DNA of 64,000 bases from Antedon mediterranea (lineage: Eukaryota; Animalia; Echinodermata). The number at the start of each line of letters is the position of its first letter. Position 1 is the stretch's first letter. Position numbers and translations under genes: made by a program. Shown piece by piece: positions 12,301 to 23,702 of the stretch. The notes beneath the pieces are model-generated. The model ran no database searches. It worked only from the letters and a program-made list of their open reading frames with translations, and was not told the DNA's origin. The stretch is from the NCBI RefSeq assembly GCF_964355755.1, contig NC_092679.1, positions 24,659,432-24,723,431 on the forward strand, read 5' to 3'.

Positions 12301-15300
12301 TACCGTTCTTTTCAGGAACCGTTTTTTCTTGCCAGCAGAAATGGGTCCCCACAAAAAAGAACCGATCTTAAAAACGGTTTCAAAAACCCCAATTGATTGC
12401 GGTCTCGATCACAAAGAACCGTTCTGAAACCGGTTTCCGCGGAGCAATTTTTAGCTGCAACACAATCGCGGTCTCAATTTGACCCCAAAAACTGAACTCT
12501 GCAGTCTGCTGCACTGGGACGATTGCGGTCAACTCGCAGTCAAACCTGCGCGATAGGACCTTGGCCTAAGTCATTTTTATTTCTCTAGATAGTGAGTATT
12601 TTATTTAACTAAAAAATGTTGACCGATGCCTTTACGAGGTTCGTAAAAAATATGTGAAGGGAAGAAGATGAGGGGACTTGTCGGGAGTCGGAAGAAAGAC
12701 TCGCGTAGGCCTAGGCCTACATGTTTTAAAGAATATTGTAAAGCGTGTGAAAGCTAGACTTGTTCAACTTGACAATATCAGAGGGTGGGACGTACCTATA
12801 CTTTAACCAAGGACCACAATAACGTTTCAGGTAATAATTCCCCCTTCTATGATGAAATGGATGCTATTTCTTGGGGATCGCGCTATGCGTGTATTGTGCT
12901 GACGGTTAAGATAAGATAAATTATCTTCTTGACTTCCTGTTATAACTAGATGACGCATTATGTATTCTTGTAAAATAAAGTTAGCATTTTTGGTGATAAT
13001 AAAAAAAGAGATTTAAAGTGATTTTTAAATAAAAGAAATCCTCTGAAGTGATTCATGCCTTTTGTTAGAATGGTTTAACCCTAATTGAAAACGTTAACAA
13101 ATATGAACAATTGTAGTCAGGTCTCCAAAACATTTATTTTTATTTATTCCAGGTGTTAAAAATCCTATTGAAGCTGCACATTGTTTGCTGAAGGAACAGA
13201 TGAAGGGGAAAATGCCACTAGGTAGAGTTCCACCATGGTAACAATTTATACTGTTTTGTCCCGCTACTGTGTTGCATTGACTGCAAATGGCACTAGGTAG
13301 AGTTCCACCATGGTAACAATTTATACTGTTTTGTCCCGCTACTGTGTTGCATTGACTGAAAATGCAAACTCAATTACGAAAGGCACAAGGAGTCTGGCCC
13401 TGTCATTCCAAAATTTTGCAAACTTTAAAGATTGGACATCAAATTAAGCTCAGCTATTCATTTTACCATTTTTATGTCTTACCCCCCCCCCCCCCCCCCC
13501 TTCCTCTATTTCAAAATCCGGGATCTGCCACTGAATGTGCTCTTAAATTAAAACCTTTTATTAATTGGACATGACAAATGATATACAACAATAATGCCAG
13601 AGAGCTGAACCAATTAACCGTAAACAGATTATAAATATTATTATTAATATTATTAAATACAATATCTATCTTAATTCAATGATAACATTTGTTTTGTGTA
13701 ATACATTTACATTCTTGTCTAAATTTGGTTGATTTAGTTTTCTCGTGGGTAACGGTGCCAAACAGTTTGCAAAGGATCATGGGATTGAAGAAGCGTTGCC
13801 AGGCACAATGACAACAGAAAAATCTTTGAAAAGTTACAAGAAATATAAAAGACGATTATCTGAATGTGCAACAAAAAATGAAGGTTTCCAGAAACACCAA
13901 GAGGTAGGTAGGGTTCGTTAATCTTTAATTGTTGTATGTAAGCTGTAATTTTTACTATTTAATGATTTATGTCAAAACATGCTTGTTTTGTATTAAAGAT
14001 GTATTTTCCCCCTGAATATGCCATTTTAATGTGACATAATAGTCATTCACTTTGACCAATAACTGGATCCAAACAAAATAAACATTTGCTTGAAAAAACT
14101 GTAATTTAAAGCAAAAAATAATAAAATTGGCTGCCAGCCAATGCATTTTTTTATTGAATTTAACCGTTTATTTTGTCATTTCATAACTGAAAACATTTTT
14201 TCGGGTTTTTTCCTACAGAAGTGATGACAAAATGGCCTATTCAAATTTTGGTTTTATTAATCTTCACTTTTCATGTTTTTTGGGGACAATACATCTTAAT
14301 TTATGAAATTGTTTTTTAAAATATTTAATCACACTCTTGCTTAAATTCAAATAACAAATATTATAAAATAACAACATAATGAAATGTAAAATGTTAATGC
14401 GACATTGTCAGGGTCTTAATGCATGTGGCGGATGGAGTTACGATTTTGTTGCAGTCAAGTTATAGTATTTGAAAGTTCAACGTACTGTATAATTAAAAAC
14501 GATACTTGCCTTCCAATCTCAAGTTCCAGTGTTCAATCCTAACCAGTCTGTTTTTCCTTCACTGTCTAAGCCTAAAATGAAACTTTATCCATTCTGTAAT
14601 TTGTGTTACTTTGCTATTGGATGTGCTGAAATAAATAAAAAAACATGAAGAGAAATGATAACTATTAGTAATGATTGATTAAAAAAAAAAGACACTAGAA
14701 AATAACATGGAAGCCTTCACGTCACTGATAATAATTATTGCGATTTGCAAGAAATTTATTTGGTTTCTGAGGACAATTATAGGAAACAGCAGTTAAAATG
14801 TGACTGAACGACAATTAGTTCACTGCAATGCAAACTGTATGACACAAGGCCATCGCTGACTATATACACCACAGTACTGTACATTAAATTGTTCAATCTC
14901 ATACAGTTTAATCAAGAAGTAAAAAGAAGAAATAGAACATACTTTAAATGGTTTATGATAAAGAGACAACATGAATCTTAATGAAACATGAACATTGAAT
15001 TACAAGGAACAATGCAGGAGAAAGATAAAAACATTGATTTACAAGGAACAATGCAGGGAAAAGATAAAAACATTGAATGACAAGGAACAATGCAGGAGAA
15101 ATATAAAAACATTGAATGACAGGAACAATGCAGGAGAAAGATAAAAACATTGAATTACAAGGAACAATGCAGGGGAAAGATAAAAACATTGAATGACAAG
15201 GAACAATGCAGGAGAAATATAAAAACATTGAATGACAAGGAACAATGCAGGGAAAAGATAAAAACATTTATTTACAAGGAACAATGCAGGAGAAATATAA

Positions 15301-18300
15301 AAACATTGAATTACAAGGAACAATGCAGGGGAAAGATAAAAACATTGATTTACAAGGAACAATGCAGGAGAAAGATAAAAACATTGAATTGATTCGATTG
15401 GTTGTTTTTTTCATAACATTATTTACCATGGAGCTTAGCTTGTGATTGGCAGCCAACAATTGTTGAATTCTTATTGCTGTATTCTCATTAGTCAGATGTT
15501 TTGCACTATGTTGCTATCTGGATACATTTCCAGAACTTTAAAGAAACAAATTCATTACAAATCTGGAAATTGACAAGCTGAATTGACTTGACTATGAAAA
15601 TAAATGCAGACGGAAGCTGGAATAAATAAAAAGGAAAGTAATGAAAATGTTTGGATTGGGAAATAAACATCACATGCATTGCAACCATACCAAGTGCTTA
15701 TTTCAACGGTTGATGGAGTACAAATAGATTGAACTGCACCAGTATGGATTGAAACATCACATGCATTGCAACCATGCCAAATGCTTATTGCAACTGTTGA
15801 TGGAGTACAAATAGATTGAACTGCACCAGTATGAATTGAAACGTCACATGCATTGCAACCATACCAAGTGCTTATTTCAACGGTTGATGGAGTACAAATA
15901 GATTGAACTGCACCAGTATGGATTGAAACGTCACATGCATTGCAACCATACCAAATACTTATTTCAACGGTTGATGGAGTACAAATAGATTGAACTGCAC
16001 CAGTATGGATTGAAACATCACATGCATTGCAACCATGCCAAATGCTTATTGCAACGGTTGATGGAGTACAAATAGATTGAACTGCACCAGTATGGATTGA
16101 AACGTCACATGCATTGCAACCATACCAAGTGCTTATTTCAACGGTTGATGGAGTACAAATAGATTGAACTGCACCAGTATGGATTGAAACGTCACATGCA
16201 TTGCAACCATACCAAGTGCTTATTTCAACGGTTGATGGAGTACAAATAGATTGAACTGCACCAGTATGGATTGAAACGTCACATGCATTGCAACCATGCC
16301 AAATACTTATTTTAACTGTTGATGGAGTACAAATAGATTGAACTGCACCAGTATAATTAAAACATCACATGCATTGCAACCATACCAAATGCTTATTGCA
16401 ACTGTTGATGGAGTACAAATAGATTGAACTGCACCAGTATGGATTGAAACGTCACATGCATTGCAACCATACCAAATGCTTATTGCAACTGTTGATGGAG
16501 TACAAATAGATTGAACTGCACCAGTATGGATTGAAACGTCACATGCATTGCAACCATGCCAAATGCTTATTTTAACTGTTGATAACGCCACCAACATGTA
16601 ATATTACTACACTGTAGTTTGTGAATCAAAATTAATATTAAAAACATTAGTGGTTGAAAAATGAACATAAGTTTTCATTTCTTATGAAAACTCTGGTTGT
16701 TTTTTTTGTGGATAATTACCTTTGTATAAAAAATGTTATGGAATGTGTTTAGCAAAACAACGTTATGTTAAAGATATATTGTCCCCAAAATGTGACAAAT
16801 GTTGAGTAATAAACTTTGAATATTTAAAAAGTTTTTTCAGGTAATGTAATTTTTTCCCTGATTCAATTTTTGGCCTATTCAATAACATTTTTCAGGGGGC
16901 AATACAATTTAAGTTAAATTTTAATAAGAATAGGTCTAGTTTAGAACAGTTAAAACATAGATGTTTATGTATCTATGTTTTATCATAAACATCTATATGT
17001 GCAAATTGTCAAAATGACTTTTATCTTCAAGTCGGCGGTAAATATTGCCAATTTCATGTGTGTAGTAAACTGTAGTGAATTGTTTTCATCATTATATTAT
17101 ACATGATTTAAATATTCATAAAACCATTATCTATGGTAAATATTTCATATTTTGAAAAATTCCTAATATATTTTTTTTTTTGCATTTCTATAAAATCAAC
17201 AGATCCAACATTCTAAAATAGAGGAGTGATTTTCGGCTAAATTGCATAAGCTTTTTTGGACAACAACGATTTTGCTGTTTCAATACACATTTTTATCTTG
17301 TAATCGTACATTTTAAAGCAGGAACACCAGCAGAGAACACAGTTTCGTTGACGTGCTGCTTAATCTGAAGTTTATGCATCATCCATGTACTGTATAAGCT
17401 GGCTAGTGCATAAATCTTCAATGTCCTTTGGTTCATTTACTGTACTCTACTACTTCATCTATCTAGAACTGTTGCTGTCCTACAGTTTGCATTTATTTTT
17501 TTTTCTCTGCTGGATTGTTGACCAAAAAGATATCCCTTAGTTTCCATCCATTTCCTTCTTTTATTGGAAGAAACCTGTAAGGATGTGTTGTGTAATACTT
17601 TCTTATGCTCAATATATTTGTATGGCATTACCTTTAAAAAAATTGAATGTGATTCCTAAAACTAAACTGCACCTCTGTTATTGTGGCTGACATTGTTAAT
17701 GTCTCGCAAACTGTGTACAGTACATTATGTTGGTGGATGGTAAAATTCCGTCAGTTTAGATTGAGGCTTGAGTTTAAAAATTCTAGAAGAAAATTTATAT
17801 ATAAAAAATAGGCTGTGTACAGTACGTTGCATACCTTCGACTCATTCGTTAAATGAATGTAAATTCGCTTGAGGTTTTTTTATAATGCTATGTTTGAAAA
17901 TTCTTATGCATTTTCCTTTGACCATTTTTTTGTGAAGATTGTTGTGCTATCAAATGATGAATGTGTCGTTGACATATCAAAGCCAGAGTTTTGGTCGCTT
18001 GTTGGAGTAAAGTGCTAGTTGTTTGAGCTTCTCCAGGAAGATGGAGATAAAGTAGATCCCATAGCCGTGCCTTCAGTAATTCTTTTCTTAGCTTGTAAAG
18101 CTAACCTCTCTGACACTGTATGTTCAGCAGGGTTATAGAATTCTATCAGTTTTGATTCAGGAATGTCAAATGCTGACGTTTGGAAAATCTTTGAATTATC
18201 GCTTAAACAAATATAATTTGCTTGAGGTTTTTTTTGTAATACTACTACTGTTATGTTTAAAAATCCTAATGCATTTTCCTTTAAACATTGTTGAACTGTG

Positions 18301-21300
18301 GTTTCATAACCTGCAAAGTTTGAGAGTTTTGCTTGAGGTTTTTTTTGTAATACTACTACTGTTATGTTTAAAAATCCTAATGCATTTTCCTTTAAACATT
18401 GTTGAACTGTGGTTTCATAACCTGCAAAGTTTGAGAGTTTTGCTTCAGGTTTTTGGGTAATAGTATGTATGTTTGATGTATGTATGTATTTTAAGAAACT
18501 ATTGGTTTCAAAGTTCTATTCTATTGTATAGCAAAAGTAATTTTCTCTGTGTGGTTCATGTGGATTACAAGACAGTTTACAAATAGCTGTGGAAACCAAC
18601 TTTCCATCCCATAGAACATCAACTTCTGGGTCATCAGAAATATCCCCCACAATTAATGTGGTCTTGTCAATTCCTTCTCTCCCCATGGAGAATAGGGCCT
18701 AGTATTTCTGTCCTCCACACTCCCATATCTTGGGAATGTACCCAAGTATTAATGTGGTCTTGTCAATTCCTTCTCTCCCCATGGAGAATAGGGCCTTGTA
18801 TTTCTGTCCTCCACACTCCCATATCTTGGGAATGTACCCAAGTATTAATGTGGTCTTGTCAATTCCTTCTCTCCCCATGGAGAATAGGGCCTTGTATTTC
18901 TGTCCTCCACACTCCCATATCTTGGGAATGTACCCAAGTATTAATGTGGTCTTGTCAATTCCTTCTCTCCCCATGGAGAATAGGGCCTTGTATTTTTGTC
19001 CTCCACACTCCCATATCTTGGGAATGTACCCAAGTATTAATGTGGTCTTGTCAATTCCTTCTCTCCCCATGGAGAATAGGGCCTTGTATTTTTGTCCTCC
19101 ACACTCCCATATCTTGGGAATGTACCCAAGTTTGTTTCTTTTCTACAGTTTTCTCCCCACTCTTGCTTTCAAGTGCCCATGTCAATCCTATTCTTGGTGT
19201 ATTATATATTACGGTTCATTCTCAATACATGTCCGATCCATTACCATCTTCCATCGATGCTAAAACTCTCCTCTTCATGGTAATAAACAAGGAAGTTTCA
19301 AAAATTGATGAGCTGAAATTTTAAAACAATATCAGAGAAAAAAAATCTACAGAATGGTACTGTATTTAAACACATCCGACATTTCAGAAACCACTGATTG
19401 GTCTAAATTAATCAAATTATTATGAAAACACAATGGTGAAGTTAGTTTGATTATTTGGCTTTTTTTAACAAAAGGAAATATTGACATTACAAATCATGAA
19501 TTGCATCCTTAATTTTAACCAAGAATGTAGCATTTTGTAATGTTTAGTTACATAATGAATTGGTATTAAGACTTGCCATAAAAATCGGTGAAATAAGTAA
19601 TAAAACTTGTGTAACTAAAAGTCTCTGCCACTTGCAAGGAACTCTGGGTAATCTCCTCTTGCATCAAAGTGTAAATCTTTCGTTGATGAAGGTGAAGTGA
19701 TTGAGATTGTATAGAAAATAGAAATTAATTACGTCACAATTTTTTGTCAAAAGTATACAAAAATGTACGTAGTATTCTTTGGGCAAGATGCCTTTGAAAA
19801 CTGCACATCCATAATAAAACAATAAAGCACGGAATTCAGCAGCTATAAAATATAAATGAATACAAAAGTGAAAGTGAATGTATTTAATTACATTCTAAGA
19901 TTTCATATATTGTTATTATAGTTTGTTTAATGATTTCCTGCCCAAGTCCCTCTATCTTGGGCCAGCCTTCCTGCTTCCTGTAGCAATGGTATTCAAACCA
20001 TTTGTTATTTCGTCTTGATCTGTTCTCAAGGCTAAGATATTTAATTGGGACGAATTATACTTGCTGTTCTCATCAATAGCGCATTGTTGCATGTTGGTTG
20101 GATTTGATGTAGCCACAGCGCTATTCAATAGTGTCTATTCTATCAAGCTTTGAGGTAATATGATCAAGGGTGGATAATTTAGCATCCATTTCCTCACTGA
20201 TTCCTGTTTGGTTTGTTGTGATGTTTCTCTAGTCTCTGGACAGCTCATGTTAAAAGCTGTAATATTAAGGAGGTCAGCTACAGCATGCCTACACTTGCTC
20301 AGTACATAATTTAAAATATGTATAAAATTATACATACACTTTCCTAACAAAGTCATAGCAGTATCCATACTCCATTTGAGCATCTATTAATTGAGAAATC
20401 TTTTTATATGATGTTTATTAAACTGATTTAACATACTACAAAATATTTCATGGAAAATGTCTTATTATTAGGAAGACTTTGATTTTCTTCCCACAGCATA
20501 CAGATTGACAGAAGAAGTAACATTGGATTTTTACATATTGTACCTACCTCTGGATGTTACTTGTGCAATTCGTATAAATAGTGTCAATCGCAAATTCCTT
20601 CTTGTTTTCCAAAATAACTAAAGTGTTTGTCAATGTGCTCTGGTTGCACCTTTTTATGAATTCATATATATTTTTTGATTGCGAAGTAAGTACTACAGTA
20701 CTTTTTTCTAGTGTTTCTTTTGTGAAAAGATGAATTAAACCTGCATTACTAAATATTAATTCCTCTAATCCATCTAATCCATCTAACAGAAATACTATTT
20801 TGTCGTCGCAAGCCATCTCTTGAGTCGGCATTTGATTATTTGGAAGTTTTTTGGACTTGTCTTCATATCCAGTTGTTTCAAAATCAGATCCAAGATGTTT
20901 TCATCTTTTTCTAACTCTCTTACATTTATAAAAAATACAATTTTACGGATAAGTCCGTATCCCAGGTGACTGAATACAAGTGTCAATCGTATACCAACAG
21001 TGCCCCATCATCCGGGCCTCAGTTCTCCAATTGCTAAAGGCCCACTTGAACCGGGGTCACCGTTATTTTTAACTGATACACTGAATTTATTCACTTAGCA
21101 TAGCTTAAAGCTTTGACCAGCTTGTGTCTTCTCTCTTTACAGTCGCCTGGGAGTGAACATTCATTTGGTGCATTCAGTCCTTGTTTGTATCAATTGTCAA
21201 CATATCTTTCTTGATTAACTAAATCATCAACGTCAGAATAAAGATCAATAATATCATCTAAACCATCTAACAAAAATACTATTTTGTTGTCTTGAGCCAT

Positions 21301-23702
21301 TGAGTCATCATTGGATCATTTGTTGACTTGTCTTCATATCCAGTTGTTTTAAAATTAGATCTAAGATGTTATCATCTTTTTCTAACTGTTACATTTTTTT
21401 TTTTAAATGCATTCAGTCCTTGTTTGCATCAATTGTCAACTTGACAAATATCTTTCTTGATAAACTAAATCATCGTCGCAGTAAAGACCAATAATACTGT
21501 GTTCGTATTTATTCTTTGACAAATTTGAAGCGGTGATCTGTTCCCCATTGTGACAGTGGTGGATTTTTTTTACCCCATTTCTTGTGAAAGAGTACTTCAC
21601 CAGAGATTGTTACAAATTCAGAGGCAAAGTTCAAGCCGTACAAACGAAACTGTGTTCTTGGATGGTTCTCCTCCTAAAACGTACTACAGCAACAAATATT
21701 CAAATTAAGACCCATTTAGGAATCAAGCCTTTAAAAGGTCGAATTGCTGCCTGTTGTCTGTTTACATCCTCATATCCTTTGTTTTACAATTAGATCCAAG
21801 ATGTCTTCATCTTTTTCTCTTAAATTAAACAAAATATATCATCATATATTATATTTCATTATAATGCTGTGCCGTTTTTTTATATTTTAATTATTGTTTA
21901 TCATACTGTGCTGTTTTTTAAAAATATATTTTTGGTTAAATGAAAATATTTTTCTGTGAACATAATTTCAATAAAGCTATGTTTAATGTGGTTGTTGTTT
22001 GGTTAAATGAAAATATTTTTCTGTGAACATAATTTCAATAAAGCTATGTTTAATGTGGTTGTTGTCCACAGGGGTCCAGTTTTCTTATGGATACAGTTGG
22101 TGCAATATGTTTGGATACAAGTGGAAACATTAGTTCAGCTGTTTCTAGTGGAGGAATTTTGTTAAAACATCCTGGACGAATTGGACATGTAAAGACAGTT
22201 TTGTTTTACTTGAACCAAAAGGCTATTATTTAGCACGAAATACAAATAAATATTACATTAATATAATAATATAATTTAAAATTAGTTTTCAGAAAAAGTC
22301 TGTTCTATTTTTACTATTTTATTAAGGTTTAACAATTGTTTTATATTACTTTAGGCAGCTATGTTTGGTTGTGGTTGCTGGTCACATAATTGTGAAGAAG
22401 ATAACTTTGGAGTATCCTGCTCGGCAACCGGTAGTGGAGAACAGATTATACGAACAAACTTGGCTTCAAAGTGTTGCCAGAATGTACTTAATAAAGACAA
22501 CCCTTTTCAAGCTATTCAAGAAACCTTTACTAATGACTTTGTTAGTAAGTGCAACTATTAATATTTTTTATAGAAAGAGTGTTAGTATTGTGGTACAGGC
22601 ACAAGTCTGTGCACGCCAGTTGCACCAGCCTGCTTTTTGCTATTTTCAAGTTATTGAAAACAACCCTGATACTTGTAACTTGTTTACAAGCAGCATGTCT
22701 TTTTTATTTATTTAGGGGGCTGCCCTTTTTTATTGTTATTTATCTAGGGAACTGCCCTGGATAGGTTGTTTACCAGAAGGATCCAGACAGTGGCATGTTA
22801 TTGAAAACAACCCTGATACTTAAAAGCAGCATGTCTAGGGGACTGCCGTGGATAACTTGTTTACCTGCATACTCCTTCCTAAAAGAAGACAGAAAGCCAG
22901 ACAGTGGTTGTTAAAAAAATACTTGTTGATTTGCTCTCAATGAGAGAAGACAAGTTTTGTGCTGAATAAATTCCCTCTAAATACAGAGTAATGATTGTCT
23001 GACTATTTATTTTAACGAATATAACACTATCAAAGATTTATTGTGTCCATTGATTACTGTAGGCCTTTATAATAGACATATAATTTGTCACGTTGATGAA
23101 TTAAGTTGTTTTTATTTTTTTGTATTTACAGATAGCCCACTGCTTTGTAATGATAGTGAGAAGCTAGGTGGTGCTATTGTGTTGAGTTACAATCAAAATA
23201 ATGCTGAACTTGTTTGGGCTCACACAACAGATAGCATGTGTCTGGGTTACATGTCTACTAGAGATAAATATCCAAAGGTATACAAAATTCAAATTCAATA
23301 ACCACATACAACAAAGTGTTCCGTCATGTCTTACAGCTGCCACCAAGCGGCGCTCATTCGGCTGTCCACGACACAGGGCTGTGTTGGACCACCTGGGTGG
23401 TTGAGGAGTACCTTGAACGTACCTGTACCAATTGTATGGTTATTGTTTGCGGCCCCCTGTCTTAACCGCTCATCAACTTGACTCCACCCAAAGAATTGCA
23501 ACATAATTTTTTGGGGTTTTTGTCTTGTTGACATAAATATGTTACATACATTTCCTAGCAAAAAAAAACATAAAATCTAATCGCATTGAAATGAATGATG
23601 GAAACATAGTTTTATATTGTTTAGGTCAAGATGTCAAGACTATCAAAAGAAAGCAAAATGGGTGAATCTCTTTGTCTTGGAGGCTGTGCATTTAAATTAT
23701 GA
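330..23702 (+). CDS. TASP1: Threonine aspartase 1 (taspase-1), Ntn-hydrolase; 10 coding exons, about 358 aa
   Basis: Exons 330-366 ([13 protein letters not shown]), 2396-2463 ([22 protein letters not shown]), 11696-11764, 12105-12225 ([28 protein letters not shown]), 13153-13237 ([18 protein letters not shown]), 13738-13903, 22072-22188 ([26 protein letters not shown], the autocleavage D-T site), 22355-22544 ([19 protein letters not shown]), 23132-23277 ([16 protein letters not shown]), 23625-23702 (TGA). All introns GT-AG, phases consistent, total 1077 nt. Motifs are colinear with human TASP1 as recalled. Confidence 0.95.
1245..1775. mobile_element. Possible MITE with inverted subterminal repeats
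   Basis: TTCGGCTCTTTT / TTCGGCCCATTTACCAT motifs at 1268-1340 are mirrored by AAAAGAGCCAAACGTAATGGTAAATGGGCCGAA at about 1715-1748. Exact termini and TSD not resolved. Confidence 0.35.
3491..5114 (+). mobile_element. Helentron/Helitron-like non-autonomous element (HINE/DINE-1-like architecture)
   Basis: 5' hairpin GTTATCCGCTTGGTATACCAAGCGGATAAC, 3' sub-TIR CGGATAACT, 3' hairpin AACTCGTC-AAAGT-GACGAGTT, terminal CTAG. Inserted in a T-run without TSD; the empty site is visible in copy 2 at about 8120-8145. Confidence 0.75.
5938..9736. mobile_element. Non-autonomous hAT-like element with apparent 6-bp TSD
   Basis: TIR CAGGGCATCA...TGATGCCCTG; flanks AAATGG / AAACGG (one mismatch at a CpG). The empty site in copy 2 has a single AAACGG. 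Subterminal GGAGAGC(A/G)ATT..GCTC(T)CC repeats. Confidence 0.75.
6566..8584 (-). mobile_element. Non-autonomous hAT-like (hATw-like) element, copy 2, uninterrupted and inverted relative to copy 1
   Basis: Same TIR TAGGTATCCCAATGAAA; perfect 7-bp TSD CTCACAG (6559-6565 and 8585-8591). Contains about 270 bp (about 7161-7432) that is absent from copy 1. Confidence 0.85.
12264..12900 (+). mobile_element. Decayed Harbinger-like MITE followed by a Myb/SANT (trihelix)-like coding remnant
   Basis: Imperfect inverted ends GGCCTGTTTCTATAGAGCAG (12264) and GCGCGATAGGACCTTGGCC (ending about 12566). Downstream, 12810-12875 translates [23 protein letters not shown], resembling the C-terminus of Myb/SANT-like DNA-binding domains carried by Harbinger elements. 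Confidence 0.4.
13216..13364 (+). repeat. 75-bp tandem duplication of a TASP1 exon 3' end and its splice donor
   Basis: CACTAGGTAGAGTTCCACCATG|GTAACAATTTATACTG... occurs at 13216 and 13291. Confidence 0.9.
13997..14296. mobile_element. TTAA-flanked MITE (Kolobok-like); related copies at 16772-16908, 59642-59884 and a partial copy near 58860-58920
   Basis: Termini TTAA|AGAT(G/A)TATT(G/T)TCCCC ... GGGGACAATACATCT|TTAA. Internal GAATATGCCATTTTAATGT(G/C)ACATAATAGT is shared with the copy in a FANCM intron. Confidence 0.65.
14991..15390. repeat. Minisatellite, 39-bp unit, about 10 copies
   Basis: Unit ACAAGGAACAATGCAGGAGAAAGATAAAAACATTGAATT with point variants; explains the repetitive ORFs at 14953-15459. 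Confidence 0.95.
15665..16583. repeat. Tandem array, 87-bp unit, about 10.5 copies
   Basis: GGAGTACAAATAGATTGAACTGCACCAG recurs every 87 bp (15715, 15802, ...). Confidence 0.95.
18218..18455. repeat. 111-bp tandem duplication, with a diverged partial copy near 17867-17920
   Basis: TTGCTTGAGGTTTTTTTTGTAATACTACTAC... at 18218 and 18329. Confidence 0.85.
18652..19260 (-). mobile_element. Decayed 3' end of an RTE-clade LINE; its last 96 bp are amplified into a 5-copy tandem array (18652-19131)
   Basis: Minus strand reads, with frameshifts, [40 protein letters not shown], matching the typical RTE C-terminus ([26 protein letters not shown]). The 96-bp period is directly visible. Confidence 0.65.
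20135..21390 (-). pseudogene. Decayed NACHT-domain (NLR-like) gene fragments inside a TASP1 intron
   Basis: [24 protein letters not shown], then a frameshift to [15 protein letters not shown] (Walker B), [19 protein letters not shown] (sensor 1) and [16 protein letters not shown] (HD1-like). A second partial copy of the Walker B region lies at about 21240-21390. Frameshifts and stops throughout. Confidence 0.7.
22600..22910 (-). repeat. Dispersed, diverged copy of the 114-bp repeat family found at 36770-38220
   Basis: TTATTGAAAACAACCCTGATACTTGTAACTTGTTTACAA..CAGCATGTCT..GGGGACTGCC is the reverse complement of the array unit. Confidence 0.8.

Noticed and set aside
13291-13364. Productive alternative donor from the 75-bp duplication
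   Set aside because: Extending the exon reads CCA TGG TAA, an in-frame stop.
14953-15459. Multiple overlapping ORFs
   Set aside because: Artefacts of a 39-bp minisatellite.
18656-19324. 222-aa and 177-aa repeat ORFs, and [10 protein letters not shown] as a Walker A motif
   Set aside because: Open frames arise from a 96-bp (multiple of 3) repeat; flanking sequence indicates an RTE LINE tail.
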